Assembly (NCBI GenBank): GCA_009924895.1
Contig: RFQR01000007.1
Coordinates: 1 to 63,710 of the forward strand
From: a bacterium
GTDB taxonomy: Bacteria > Patescibacteriota > Minisyncoccia > Phycocordibacterales > UBA2100
Direction of reading: 5' to 3'
Length of the DNA: 63,710 bases
In this document: positions 38,085-46,576 of the stretch, one piece after another
How positions within the stretch are numbered: the first letter of the stretch is position 1
How the letters are laid out: the number at the start of each line of letters is the position of its first letter
Notes under the pieces: generated by a model
What the model saw: only the letters and a program-made list of their open reading frames with translations
The model's database searches: none
What the model was told of the DNA's origin: nothing
Made by a program: the position numbers and the translations under genes

Positions 38085-38438
38085 ATGATACTTCCAGATA
38101 CACCCATTGAAGATAAGGACTCTGACAAATTACGCCGTGCACCACTCGCCGCGAAGGTGGCAGAACTTGTAAACAACTTTGAAGGCAAGGAGAGTTTTGT
38201 TGTTGGTATTGAAGGTGTGTGGGGTTCAGGAAAGACATCCTTTGTAAATCTCATAGTTGATAATTTGAGTTCTGAAAAAACGGTTGTCATACCATTCAAC
38301 CCGTGGAACTTTTCCGGTCAGAACGAACTCATAGAGGACTTTTTTACTACACTCGTATCTCAAATCAACGAGTTCAAATCAGACAAAGATAAGGCGAAAC
38401 AAATCAAGGGTATGGACACTCTAAAATCACGCCCTTGA
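38085..38438 (+). pseudogene. Truncated KAP-family P-loop NTPase (N-terminal ~110 aa)
   Basis: DKLRR, VGIEGVWGSGKTS, FNPW; stops before Walker B. Confidence 0.8.
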
Positions 38439-38464
38439 CCTCCTCCCCTAAAAATACGTATAGT
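38435..38464 (+). promoter_or_regulatory. sigma70 promoter TTGACC-N18-TATAGT
   Basis: Overlaps the KAP fragment stop; SD AAGGAG at 38491. Confidence 0.55.
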
Positions 38465-38503
38465 CCACGCGGGCACTTCTGCCCCTTGATAAGGAGTCAA
38501 GAA

Positions 38504-39361
38504 ATGAGTCTCTTCAGAAAGAGCGTGTTGGCACTGGCCCTCGTGGCTGCGCCAACGATGGCGTTCGCGCAACCTGCGACCGAAGCGCGCTTCATCCGCA
38601 TTGAGCAGAATGCAAAGCAAGAACCGATTGCTCTGCAAACGGCGATTGCCAAGTACACCAAGACTGTTGGTGGCCGCACGATCGAAGTCGACCTCGTGGG
38701 TGTCATCCATGTGGGAGAAAAGCAGTACTACGATCGTCTGAACGTGGTTCTGAAAGACTACCAACGAGTCCTCTATGAGCTCGTTGCGCCCAAAGGGACA
38801 CGACCAGAGAAAGGGGCAAAGCTCGAATTCGGCGACCCGCTTGCAATGCTGCGGGAGAGCATGAAAGAGAGCCTGAAAATCGACGATCAGAGGCTGATCG
38901 ACTATAGCCCGGCAAGCTTTGTGCATGCTGACCTTTCGTTTGAGGGCATCATTGCTGCAGCGCAGAATCGTGGCGAGAACGCATGGACATTCGCCCTCGG
39001 CCTCTTCAAAGACTTCATGATCGCAAGTAACCGTCAGAGGTCACTGCAGAGACCGGAGATCTCCGAAGAGGACATGAAAGACCCTCTCAAGATGCGCCGA
39101 ATCGTCGCACAACAGTTCGCTGATAGCGGCGGAGAGTCGATGTTTGGCGAGACGCTCGATGCGTCGATTGTCAAAGATCGGAATATCGAGTGCATGTCTG
39201 TTCTCCAGAAAGAATTGGCGGCTGGTCACACCAAGCTCGCCATCTTCTACGGAGCCGGGCACAATGAGGACTTCGATAAGAGGCTGAAGAGTCTCGGCTT
39301 CACCCGAGTCGGCACCGACTGGTTATCAGTGTGGAGCCTGGTCGAGGTCACCAAGAACTAA
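38504..39361 (+). CDS. Secreted protein, TraB/GumN-like fold suspected
   Basis: Signal peptide; VDLVGVIHVGEKQYY..VLYELV, DRN, AIFYGAGH; start ATG 38504. Confidence 0.7.
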   Translation: MSLFRKSVLALALVAAPTMAFAQPATEARFIRIEQNAKQEPIALQTAIAKYTKTVGGRTIEVDLVGVIHVGEKQYYDRLNVVLKDYQRVLYELVAPKGTRPEKGAKLEFGDPLAMLRESMKESLKIDDQRLIDYSPASFVHADLSFEGIIAAAQNRGENAWTFALGLFKDFMIASNRQRSLQRPEISEEDMKDPLKMRRIVAQQFADSGGESMFGETLDASIVKDRNIECMSVLQKELAAGHTKLAIFYGAGHNEDFDKRLKSLGFTRVGTDWLSVWSLVEVTKN

Positions 39362-39479
39362 TCTGACACGTGTTGCTTTCGAGGGCCGGCCTGGGAAACC
39401 AGGTCGGTCTTTCTTTTTTGCCAAAATTTTTATAAGGAGTAGGATATCCGACACCCGTACACAAGAAGGGAATGGTGCA

Positions 39480-39842
39480 ATGCAAGAAGCAATCCGTGAC
39501 GTACTGTCTCGACTTGAGGAAGTGTCATTGTTTGCAGTGCGAACTGCTGAACGCCTCGTGGAATGGGCGCATGCATATCCACTCGATGCCTTTGCGGCGG
39601 GGTGGTTTATCTGCGCATCGGTCATGAGTGTTCGTATCGCCCGCAGTGGGCGCTACATTTCACCGAATACATCATCAATGCTCTGGAGTTTTGTCGCAGT
39701 CGGCAGTTGGCTTCTTAGCATCGCTCTTGCGCTCGATATGTTCGGGAAGCCAGTCGTTGCAATTGGTAACACGCCAATGGTTGCACTCGCAGCGTTGGGA
39801 CTCGTGAGTTTCAGTTGCGTGACGCATCACTATACGGGATGA
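39480..39842 (+). CDS. Orphan membrane protein
   Basis: Three TM; perfect 11-bp hairpin at 39847-39871. Confidence 0.6.
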   Translation: MQEAIRDVLSRLEEVSLFAVRTAERLVEWAHAYPLDAFAAGWFICASVMSVRIARSGRYISPNTSSMLWSFVAVGSWLLSIALALDMFGKPVVAIGNTPMVALAALGLVSFSCVTHHYTG

Positions 39843-39904
39843 GAATGGGGCCGGCGCATCGCGCCGGCCCCAGACTATGCTAAAATTATTGCTTACAAAA
39901 CACT

Positions 39905-40189
39905 ATGGATTTTTCATCACTAACGACTCTCGCTAAAAAAGCGCTCGCTGGCTCGGCACCTGCACCAGAGAATACCGCTGCCCATCTAGATCAGCATGCC
40001 GCAATCGCGGGTATGAATCCCGCAATGCTTCAGGAGATGACAAGGCAGCTCAAGCGCATGCTTGCTGATGGAAAAATTACCGAAGATGAGGTGAGGGCAC
40101 AGCTTGCGCACGTAGCATCGAAAATTGGTATTCCAAAGATGTTGGTACCAAAATTAACACAAGCGGTTTTTGAACATTTGAAAAAGTAA
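39905..40189 (+). CDS. Small helical hypothetical protein
   Basis: ORF 3 nt upstream of sppA. Confidence 0.6.
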   Translation: MDFSSLTTLAKKALAGSAPAPENTAAHLDQHAAIAGMNPAMLQEMTRQLKRMLADGKITEDEVRAQLAHVASKIGIPKMLVPKLTQAVFEHLKK

Positions 40190-40192
40190 TCT

Positions 40193-41038
40193 ATGCACGT
40201 TCCACCATACGCAAAAGAAGCGCTGTGGCGCGAAGGAATACGGGCGATGTTTCTCCTTGTCAGTGTTGTACTTGCTTTTGTCACAATCTTGTTTTCATTT
40301 GAGTGGTGGTATGCAGATGCACAACGAGAACTTGCGGGTCTTGCACCACTGCCAGCTCACTGCAATGTTTCGGTTATTGCCGTTACCGGCCCCATCGGCA
40401 TGAGTACGAACGACCAAAGCATCTACACTGATGTGGATACAACCCTCTCGCAACTGCGCAGCGCTGAACAAGATCCAACCATTCAGGCGGTGTTGGTACG
40501 TGTCGATTCGCCCGGTGGTGCGCCCGTTGCTTCTGACATACTCTCTGCGGCACTCAAAAAGAGCACGCTGCCGGTCGCTGCGGTGATACGTGATATCGGG
40601 ACTTCTGGTGCATACTTGGTGGCAACCGGCGCGCGCTATATCGCTGCATATCCGTCTTCAGAAGTTGGTTCTATCGGTGTCACCGCGTCGTATCTTGATG
40701 AAAGCGGAAAAAATACCGAAGAAGGATATCGCTTTATTTCTCTCACCTCCGCGCCGTATAAAGATATGTTAAATCCCTCTCGACCACTTTCAGAAAAAGA
40801 GCGCCTACTCATTCAGCGTGATTTGGAAAGCGTTCATACCGATTTTGTCCGTGCCGTTGCCCGTAATCGAAGCCTTCCCTCTGAAGACATAGAAAAACTC
40901 GCCGATGGTTCGAGTATGACGGGGTCTCTTGCTTTGCAGCGGAAGTTGATTGATTCAACTGGTGGTGAGTATGCCGCCCTCTCTTGGATTGCTGAAAAAA
41001 CCGGCATTGCCGTACCTGATGTTGTGTTGTGTGAATAA
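40193..41038 (+). CDS. sppA: S49 family signal peptide peptidase
   Basis: VRVDSPGG, SGAYLVA, VGSIGV, YKDM. Confidence 0.9.
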   Translation: MHVPPYAKEALWREGIRAMFLLVSVVLAFVTILFSFEWWYADAQRELAGLAPLPAHCNVSVIAVTGPIGMSTNDQSIYTDVDTTLSQLRSAEQDPTIQAVLVRVDSPGGAPVASDILSAALKKSTLPVAAVIRDIGTSGAYLVATGARYIAAYPSSEVGSIGVTASYLDESGKNTEEGYRFISLTSAPYKDMLNPSRPLSEKERLLIQRDLESVHTDFVRAVARNRSLPSEDIEKLADGSSMTGSLALQRKLIDSTGGEYAALSWIAEKTGIAVPDVVLCE

Positions 41039-41080
41039 GAAGCGTCTTGACACGAGAGCCTTCTTTGAGAAGATGGGGGA

Positions 41081-41255
41081 GGAAGCTTGCGCTAACGCCC
41101 CGGGCGAACAGCAACAGCTATTCCAAAAGCGCACTCAACTTGTAACCCACCCGCCAGTCCGGCCGGTCATGGTTGGTGAACACAAGAGTGTAGTGCGCTC
41201 TTTGTTTCCGAATCCACCTGTCTTTCCGAGTCTTGCTTGATGCCGCAGGTTTAAC
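41081..41255 (+). ncRNA. Probable 6S-like RNA
   Basis: ~175-nt rod with central bubble; TTGACA at 41047; GGTTGGTGA and TCCACCT segments recall 6S RNA; terminator follows. Confidence 0.5.
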
Positions 41256-41268
41256 GAATCGGGAACTT

Positions 41269-41302
41269 GAGGGGAGAGCGGCACGCCGCTTTCCCCTCTT
41301 TT
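41269..41302 (+). terminator. Intrinsic terminator gaggggagagcggc-ac-gccgctttcccctc-tttt
   Basis: 14-bp stem with T-run on the + strand. Confidence 0.75.
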
Positions 41303-41304
41303 AC

Positions 41305-42723
41305 TTACGGTGTTTGCAACGAATTTATTTTTGCACGAGTCGCAGGACCACATGTTCCATACCCCCGCTGTCCTTTTTTTGCGAGGCCATATTTTTCTTG
41401 GAAGCGACTTACCGCTCGCTCGGTCCCGGGGCCATAGAATCCTGAAACGGTACCCTCGGGATATATCGTCGTATCCTGCGCAAGAAATTGCTGGAGTTGA
41501 GTGACATCAGCACCTTTTGATCCGCGTTTTAAGTTTTGTAAAAATGGCATGCGTGTCGCAGTGCTTGTTGAGGTAAGGGCAATCGACAGAGCTGCAAGCG
41601 AAGAGACAGGTGGCTGCGGCGCAGCAATAACTACGCGCGCTGGTACTAATAGTGAGAGTGACTTGCCTACAGTACCCTGATACGTGCCGTTAGATTTTTG
41701 TGGGAGTAGGAGCAAGGAGATCGGACGCACAAACGAGTCAGGATTTGTGACGATGAGTGTGGTGGTGCCCGATGAGGTGAGCGGCTGGGAAAATGCGGGC
41801 GTGTTGCAGGGGAGTGTCTTTGCGTTGCTTGAGGTTGCAAATGAGATACCCTCAGTACACGTGATTTGTATGTTTGCTCCGGCAGCGTTTTTAGTGGCCC
41901 ATTGTAGATTGAGCATCGTGGTTGTCCCAACGGCACTCACTGTTCCGGAAAAGCTCTGTACCACTGGTTCGGGTGGTAGTACATATCCTGCAACAGTGAA
42001 TGAAAGAGTCTTACCACGCGAAGCGTCGTAGAGGCCCGCAGCGATTGCCGGACGAATGGTTACCTGTACCGGCACGGCAGAAAGGGAAGTGTTCACGGCA
42101 GTAAAGACATATGTGCCGCTTATGGGTAAATCCGCCGTTTGCACTTCATTGCCGCACGGGAGCGGCGCAGAGGTGGTTGCATTGTCTTTGTACAAGCGTA
42201 CCGAGTCAGCACAGCTAAAGACAAGAATGCTTCCGGGTGCATCGGTGCCACTCCATGAGAGTGCCGCTGGTGTTCCTGAGATCACGGTGGTGGAAGAGAG
42301 GGAGAAGTCGCTAATCGGCTGTACTGCGCTACTTGCGGTGAAAGACGCTATGGTAGAGAGTGCATCGTACACAACATTCATCTGATCTTTTGGAAAGAGG
42401 CGTACGCTTACGGTTGCACTCGAGCCGCTTACGTTCGTCACGGTGTATCCAAGCGACCCGACAGCAACTGAAACAGGAAAACGATTACCGCATGTCACGG
42501 TAGCTCCGTTTGTATCTTTCAAGTAGACACCGATAGGGCAGGTGATAAGGAGGTCTGCGCCGACAGAGTTATCTATATTCCATGCGACTGAGACGTTGTA
42601 ATTATTGCTAATTGACGATGGGGAAACGGTAAAAGTCGAAATGGTTGGCTGGGCAGCATGGACCCACGTACTGCTTAGTGTGAAACAGACGATCGCTACC
42701 ATGAATGTGCGATAGTGCCTCAT
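41305..42723 (-). CDS. Secreted repeat protein with C-terminal peptidoglycan-binding domain
   Basis: Signal peptide, three Ig-like repeats, LKRGSKGADVTQLQQFL..GFYGPGTERAVSRFQ. Confidence 0.85.
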   Translation of the reverse strand: MRHYRTFMVAIVCFTLSSTWVHAAQPTISTFTVSPSSISNNYNVSVAWNIDNSVGADLLITCPIGVYLKDTNGATVTCGNRFPVSVAVGSLGYTVTNVSGSSATVSVRLFPKDQMNVVYDALSTIASFTASSAVQPISDFSLSSTTVISGTPAALSWSGTDAPGSILVFSCADSVRLYKDNATTSAPLPCGNEVQTADLPISGTYVFTAVNTSLSAVPVQVTIRPAIAAGLYDASRGKTLSFTVAGYVLPPEPVVQSFSGTVSAVGTTTMLNLQWATKNAAGANIQITCTEGISFATSSNAKTLPCNTPAFSQPLTSSGTTTLIVTNPDSFVRPISLLLLPQKSNGTYQGTVGKSLSLLVPARVVIAAPQPPVSSLAALSIALTSTSTATRMPFLQNLKRGSKGADVTQLQQFLAQDTTIYPEGTVSGFYGPGTERAVSRFQEKYGLAKKGQRGYGTCGPATRAKINSLQTP

Positions 42724-42803
42724 GCACCAGAGTATACCTTCTCTCTCCGTGTGAGGGTGCAGCGCAGTGGATACGGTAGAGAAAATGAGGTATGATGCCG
42801 CGC

Positions 42804-43646
42804 ATGGCAGTTGAAAAAGCAGTTGAACAAGCGGCGCATACGCTCGCCGCTTCTACCGGTCTAGAGCATGAGGCGGCACACCATACGGGCATTCACGTAG
42901 CGCTTGCAGCCGAAAAAATTGGTACGTTTTTGGGGCTCCCCATCACCAATACGCTCCTCACGAGCTGGATTGTCATGGCGCTTCTTATCGCTGTTGGGCT
43001 TTGGATGAACAGGCGCGTCGCGCGCGTACCCGGACGGCTTCAGACTGCGCTTGAAATGGTGTTTAGTTTCTTTTATGACTTTGTCGCTGATACGCTCGAG
43101 AGTCGCGAACTGGCACGGAAGTTTTTCCCGCTCCTCATGACCACGTTTTTTTTCATTTGGATTGCAAATGCGGTCGAATTTACTCCTGGTATCGGATCAA
43201 TCGGATTTTTCCACGAAGGTGGGGAATTCACCCCGCTCTTTCGTTCGGTCAATACCGATCTCAACATGACGCTCGCGCTTACGTTTATTGCGGTGGGGGT
43301 CATTGAGGTCACCGGGGTATTAGTTCTCGGATTCCGCACGTATATGAGCAAATTTTTTACCCTCAAGTCGCCGGTTGCGACCATGGTGGGCATTATCGAA
43401 CTGGTAGGAGAGCTTGCGCGCATCGTGTCATTTTCGTTTCGTCTTTTTGGGAACATTTTTGCAGGCGAAGTTCTGATTGCAGTCGTCGCGTTTTTTGTTC
43501 CGTATGTTTTGCCGGTACCGCTTATGGCATTTGAGATGTTTGTTGGTCTCGTACAAGCCGCAATCTTTACGCTCCTTATGCTGTTCTTTATCAAAATGGC
43601 GATTACGCATCACGATGAAGGAGACGAAAAGGCACACGCCCACTAA
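42804..43646 (+). CDS. atpB: F0F1 ATP synthase subunit a
   Basis: ITNT, FRSVNTDLN, SFSFRLFGNIFAGE, VQAAIF. Confidence 0.95.
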   Translation: MAVEKAVEQAAHTLAASTGLEHEAAHHTGIHVALAAEKIGTFLGLPITNTLLTSWIVMALLIAVGLWMNRRVARVPGRLQTALEMVFSFFYDFVADTLESRELARKFFPLLMTTFFFIWIANAVEFTPGIGSIGFFHEGGEFTPLFRSVNTDLNMTLALTFIAVGVIEVTGVLVLGFRTYMSKFFTLKSPVATMVGIIELVGELARIVSFSFRLFGNIFAGEVLIAVVAFFVPYVLPVPLMAFEMFVGLVQAAIFTLLMLFFIKMAITHHDEGDEKAHAH

Positions 43647-43650
43647 ATAG

Positions 43651-43670
43651 TTTTCCACAGCGTTTCCACA
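43651..43670 (+). promoter_or_regulatory. Two tandem DnaA-box-like 9-mers
   Basis: TTTTCCACA (fits TTWTNCACA) and GTTTCCACA (1 mismatch). Confidence 0.35.
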
Positions 43671-43690
43671 TATACACACGATGTGTGTAT

Positions 43691-43718
43691 TTGACGGGAA
43701 AGTACAGGTTGTTACTAT
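43691..43718 (+). promoter_or_regulatory. Promoter TTGACG-N16-TACTAT
   Basis: Precedes the non-coding structured unit. Confidence 0.55.
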
Positions 43719-43724
43719 CCTCAG

Positions 43725-43928
43725 TAGGTTGGTCCTCTGGTAACGGAGGTAACAGCGTCTCCGACGCCGTGGGTCTCAGACTCATTAAGTCGTGGTACGG
43801 AATAGCCGTTCCTCTGCCTCCCAGAGGTCGTGCCCAGCAAGAGCCTCGGCTCACCCATGTTGTGCATGTAAACGGGTAATACCGTATATTCCCTTGTGGG
43901 AAAGACTTGTCGCCACACTACCAGCCTC
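43725..43928 (+). ncRNA. Unknown multibranched structured RNA candidate
   Basis: 5'/3' closing stem, several internal hairpins, no SD-led ORF, flanked by promoter and terminator. Confidence 0.55.
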
Positions 43929-43932
43929 ATTT

Positions 43933-43971
43933 TGCGGGTCGCTCGTTCCACGAGCGACCCGCATTTCTTTT
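43933..43971 (+). terminator. Intrinsic terminator tgcgggtcgctcg-ttcca-cgagcgacccgca-tttctttt
   Basis: Perfect 13-bp stem plus T-tract. Confidence 0.8.
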
Positions 43972-44010
43972 GCGTAAAAAAGAACGAATATTGCGCAAGC
44001 GGTCAATGTA

Positions 44011-44039
44011 TTGACTTAAGTGCAATTTTAGTGTATAAA
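44011..44039 (+). promoter_or_regulatory. sigma70 promoter TTGACT-N17-TATAAA
   Basis: Upstream of the 44099 gene. Confidence 0.65.
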
Positions 44040-44098
44040 TCCTTTACCGCTTCAATGGGAGTGGTATACCAACATACACACAGAAAGGGTTACTACAA

Positions 44099-44995
44099 AT
44101 GAGAAGGATCATGCTTTCCGTTGTCGCACTCACGAGTTTCGTGGGCGTCGCACAGGCAGAATCGATCTCAACCTCAAGTGGGTTTTCACCTGCTGTCATC
44201 GTTGAGGCGTTCAGAAACTGGCCCACCGAAGATAAGTCGATGCGTTTTGCGAACCAAACGCAATCTTCCTTCTTCAAACAATTCGGTGCTATGGACCTCA
44301 GGCCCTACAAGGGAATTCTTTGGGGCATGGGAGGACGGTGTGGCGAGGTGAATACGTTTCTCGCCGAGAATGGGTTTCCTGACGTGCGTTTGGACGATGG
44401 GCCGGACTGCGTTGGGGCTGCGGGTGTGTTCAAGAAGGAAGTCAAGCACAAATCACCTGGCACCGAAACCGTCATGGACGTTCCTTCGGGGCGCTACCAA
44501 GGCGCCAAGTTCAGTCACTTTGAGTTTGCGAGGAGTCGGGGTGGTGATGTCATACTCCGAATTCCGTCGGAAGAGGAAGGGTGGTCGCTCAATATCAGTC
44601 CTGTCAGCAAGCATTACGCTGATTTGAACGCCTACACTCACGTCCAAAAGATGGTCGAAGATATGAAGCAAATCCCAAGTCGGGAAGGCTACACCCATCT
44701 CGAACTTCCGGCTGCGAAGATGCGTGTCGATGTGGATGTGAAATGGGTCCTGAACCTCAGAATTGGTGGCGACAAAATTGATCAGGCGTTCAAAAAAGTG
44801 GTCTTTGAATTCGATCACGTGAGCGCGAAAGGTGAGGCCGCTTTCGGTGCAGGCGCGACCCGTTCCATGGGAGCGAAAACCCATGAGAAGGTCTTTCGCA
44901 TCGATGGTTCCTATCTTGCATGGTTCAGCAAGGATGGGATGAATGAGCCAGCGCTTGTTGTCTACGTGGCGCAAGACGGTTGGATCAAGAAGTGA
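44099..44995 (+). CDS. Secreted protein with serpin-like C-terminus
   Basis: Signal peptide; LELP, IDQAFKKVVFEFDHVSAKGEAA, TRSM, FRIDGSYLAWF; hairpin at 45006-45032. Confidence 0.6.
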   Translation: MRRIMLSVVALTSFVGVAQAESISTSSGFSPAVIVEAFRNWPTEDKSMRFANQTQSSFFKQFGAMDLRPYKGILWGMGGRCGEVNTFLAENGFPDVRLDDGPDCVGAAGVFKKEVKHKSPGTETVMDVPSGRYQGAKFSHFEFARSRGGDVILRIPSEEEGWSLNISPVSKHYADLNAYTHVQKMVEDMKQIPSREGYTHLELPAAKMRVDVDVKWVLNLRIGGDKIDQAFKKVVFEFDHVSAKGEAAFGAGATRSMGAKTHEKVFRIDGSYLAWFSKDGMNEPALVVYVAQDGWIKK

Positions 44996-45056
44996 ACCAG
45001 ACGAATCGGCCTGTCCCGCAAGGACAGGCCGACATTTTTTGTGATACTATTTTTTT

Positions 45057-45314
45057 ATGAAACCAGATTGCCCCAACAATTGCGAAAGCTGCTTGATGCC
45101 GTTTAGTAACGACCCGGGAAAACGTGAGTCAGACAAATACTGTAGTCTTTGTTTTAAAGATGGAAAATTATGTTACGAAGGAACTGATTTGAAGGAATTT
45201 CAAAAAGTTGCATATGAAAGTATGCGCTCACGTGGTACTAACTTTTTTTCCCGCACATCTGTATACCTGGATGATTCGCTTCGCACCACGCTGGAAAAAA
45301 AGCGTAACCTATGA
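45057..45314 (+). pseudogene. Zinc-ribbon protein with homopolymer frameshift
   Basis: CESCLMPF..KYCSLCFKDG; the expected WMIRFAPRWKK tail lies in another frame after T7 at 45243-45249. Confidence 0.65.
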
Positions 45315-46549
45315 TGGATGCGTTGTTTCAATTTTTTACACTTGCAATTACCGCGGTGCTTTCGTGGGTTGGGATTGGTACAGTGCCGGCGCGACTCATT
45401 GATACTGTTGCTACCACAACACCACAGACCATAGTCCAAGAAATAACGAGCCCTGTTTCTCCGGCGCATGTCCCTGTTGTGGTCCCACCAGAGTCTGCAT
45501 CTGTAAAGCGCGGATATACGCACGATGAGTTGCTTGCTGTGGCAGACAACACCTATGCAAACGGTATGGTGCCACTCGGTGACTATCATTACGTTACCGA
45601 AGGCCCGAAGAAAGGGTATGTCTATCTCTGCCGTGTTCGAGAAGACAATCCAGGCTCCATGGTAAGTGGTCCATGGATGGGAAGTGATTCGTGGAACTTT
45701 CTGAAAAAGGTTTCGGTTGAAGGCGTGGTGCCATGGCCGAACGCACGTTTTTCTAATCTAACATCGGGTACGAACCGTACGCTCTCTGGTAATGCTTTGC
45801 CCGTTTCTCACACCACGGGCGTTTTTCCTGTATCGCGAAGTAGTGAAGCGGGACAATATGATCCAAATCCCAACACCATCTCTGAACAGTCGCTTCGCGT
45901 TTCGATACCCAAAAATCCTACCTATTCAGAAACACCGTACTGTATGGGCGGGGAAGTCGGCATTATGCTCACGGGTGTGCCACTCTTTAATGCTTTTGAC
46001 GCAGGGCTGCGCGATGCCCCCGCGCATGAATTGCAAGACTCATGTGGTGGCCACCCACAAGGAAGCGGTGAATACCATTACCACAGTTTGAGTTCATGTT
46101 TTAAAGATACATCAGTTTCTACTGTACTTGGTTACGCATATGACGGCTTTCCGATTACGGGTGGAAAAGTTGCAGATAAAAAATTTCTCACGACGGAAGA
46201 TTTGGACAAATGCCACGGTCTTACGAGTGAAGTGATGATCGATGGAAAAAAAGTGACGACCTACCATTATGTGATGACGCGCGATTTTCCCTACTCGGTG
46301 AGCTGTTTTCGTGGAAAGCCAGTAACAACTGGTCCGAGTGTCGGTATGGGACAAGGCGGACAGGGAAAACGACAAGAAGGTGGTGTACCCGGCGGGCCGC
46401 CTGCAGGCGGACCGCCCCAAGAGGCAGTCAATGCGTGCTCTGGTAAGAGCGCGGGCGATAGATGTTCGTTCATCACACCATTTGGAGACGCGGTTTCAGG
46501 CGCGTGTGACACGCCACCGCAATCAAGTCTCGCTTGCGTTCCTCGATAG
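45311..46549 (+). CDS. YHYH domain protein
   Basis: DSCGGHP..EYHYH, GYAYDGFPI, DLDKCHG, YHY..FPY. Confidence 0.88.
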   Translation: MMDALFQFFTLAITAVLSWVGIGTVPARLIDTVATTTPQTIVQEITSPVSPAHVPVVVPPESASVKRGYTHDELLAVADNTYANGMVPLGDYHYVTEGPKKGYVYLCRVREDNPGSMVSGPWMGSDSWNFLKKVSVEGVVPWPNARFSNLTSGTNRTLSGNALPVSHTTGVFPVSRSSEAGQYDPNPNTISEQSLRVSIPKNPTYSETPYCMGGEVGIMLTGVPLFNAFDAGLRDAPAHELQDSCGGHPQGSGEYHYHSLSSCFKDTSVSTVLGYAYDGFPITGGKVADKKFLTTEDLDKCHGLTSEVMIDGKKVTTYHYVMTRDFPYSVSCFRGKPVTTGPSVGMGQGGQGKRQEGGVPGGPPAGGPPQEAVNACSGKSAGDRCSFITPFGDAVSGACDTPPQSSLACVPR

Positions 46550-46576
46550 TCTACAGTGGTGTAGTACACTGCACCC

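Noticed and set aside
37233-39871. Intact integrative island at tRNA-Glu
   Set aside because: No integrase and no repeat of the tRNA-Glu 3' end found; only a decayed accessory tract is supportable.
43651-43670. Replication origin
   Set aside because: Only two DnaA-like boxes, no clear AT-rich unwinding element, and no dnaA/dnaN nearby.
43725-43928. RNase P, SRP, tmRNA or known riboswitch identity
   Set aside because: Missing GAGGAAAGUCC (RNase P), the SRP helix-8 motif, and tmRNA GGGG..UCCACCA ends; only superficial similarity to c-di-GMP/ZTP motifs.
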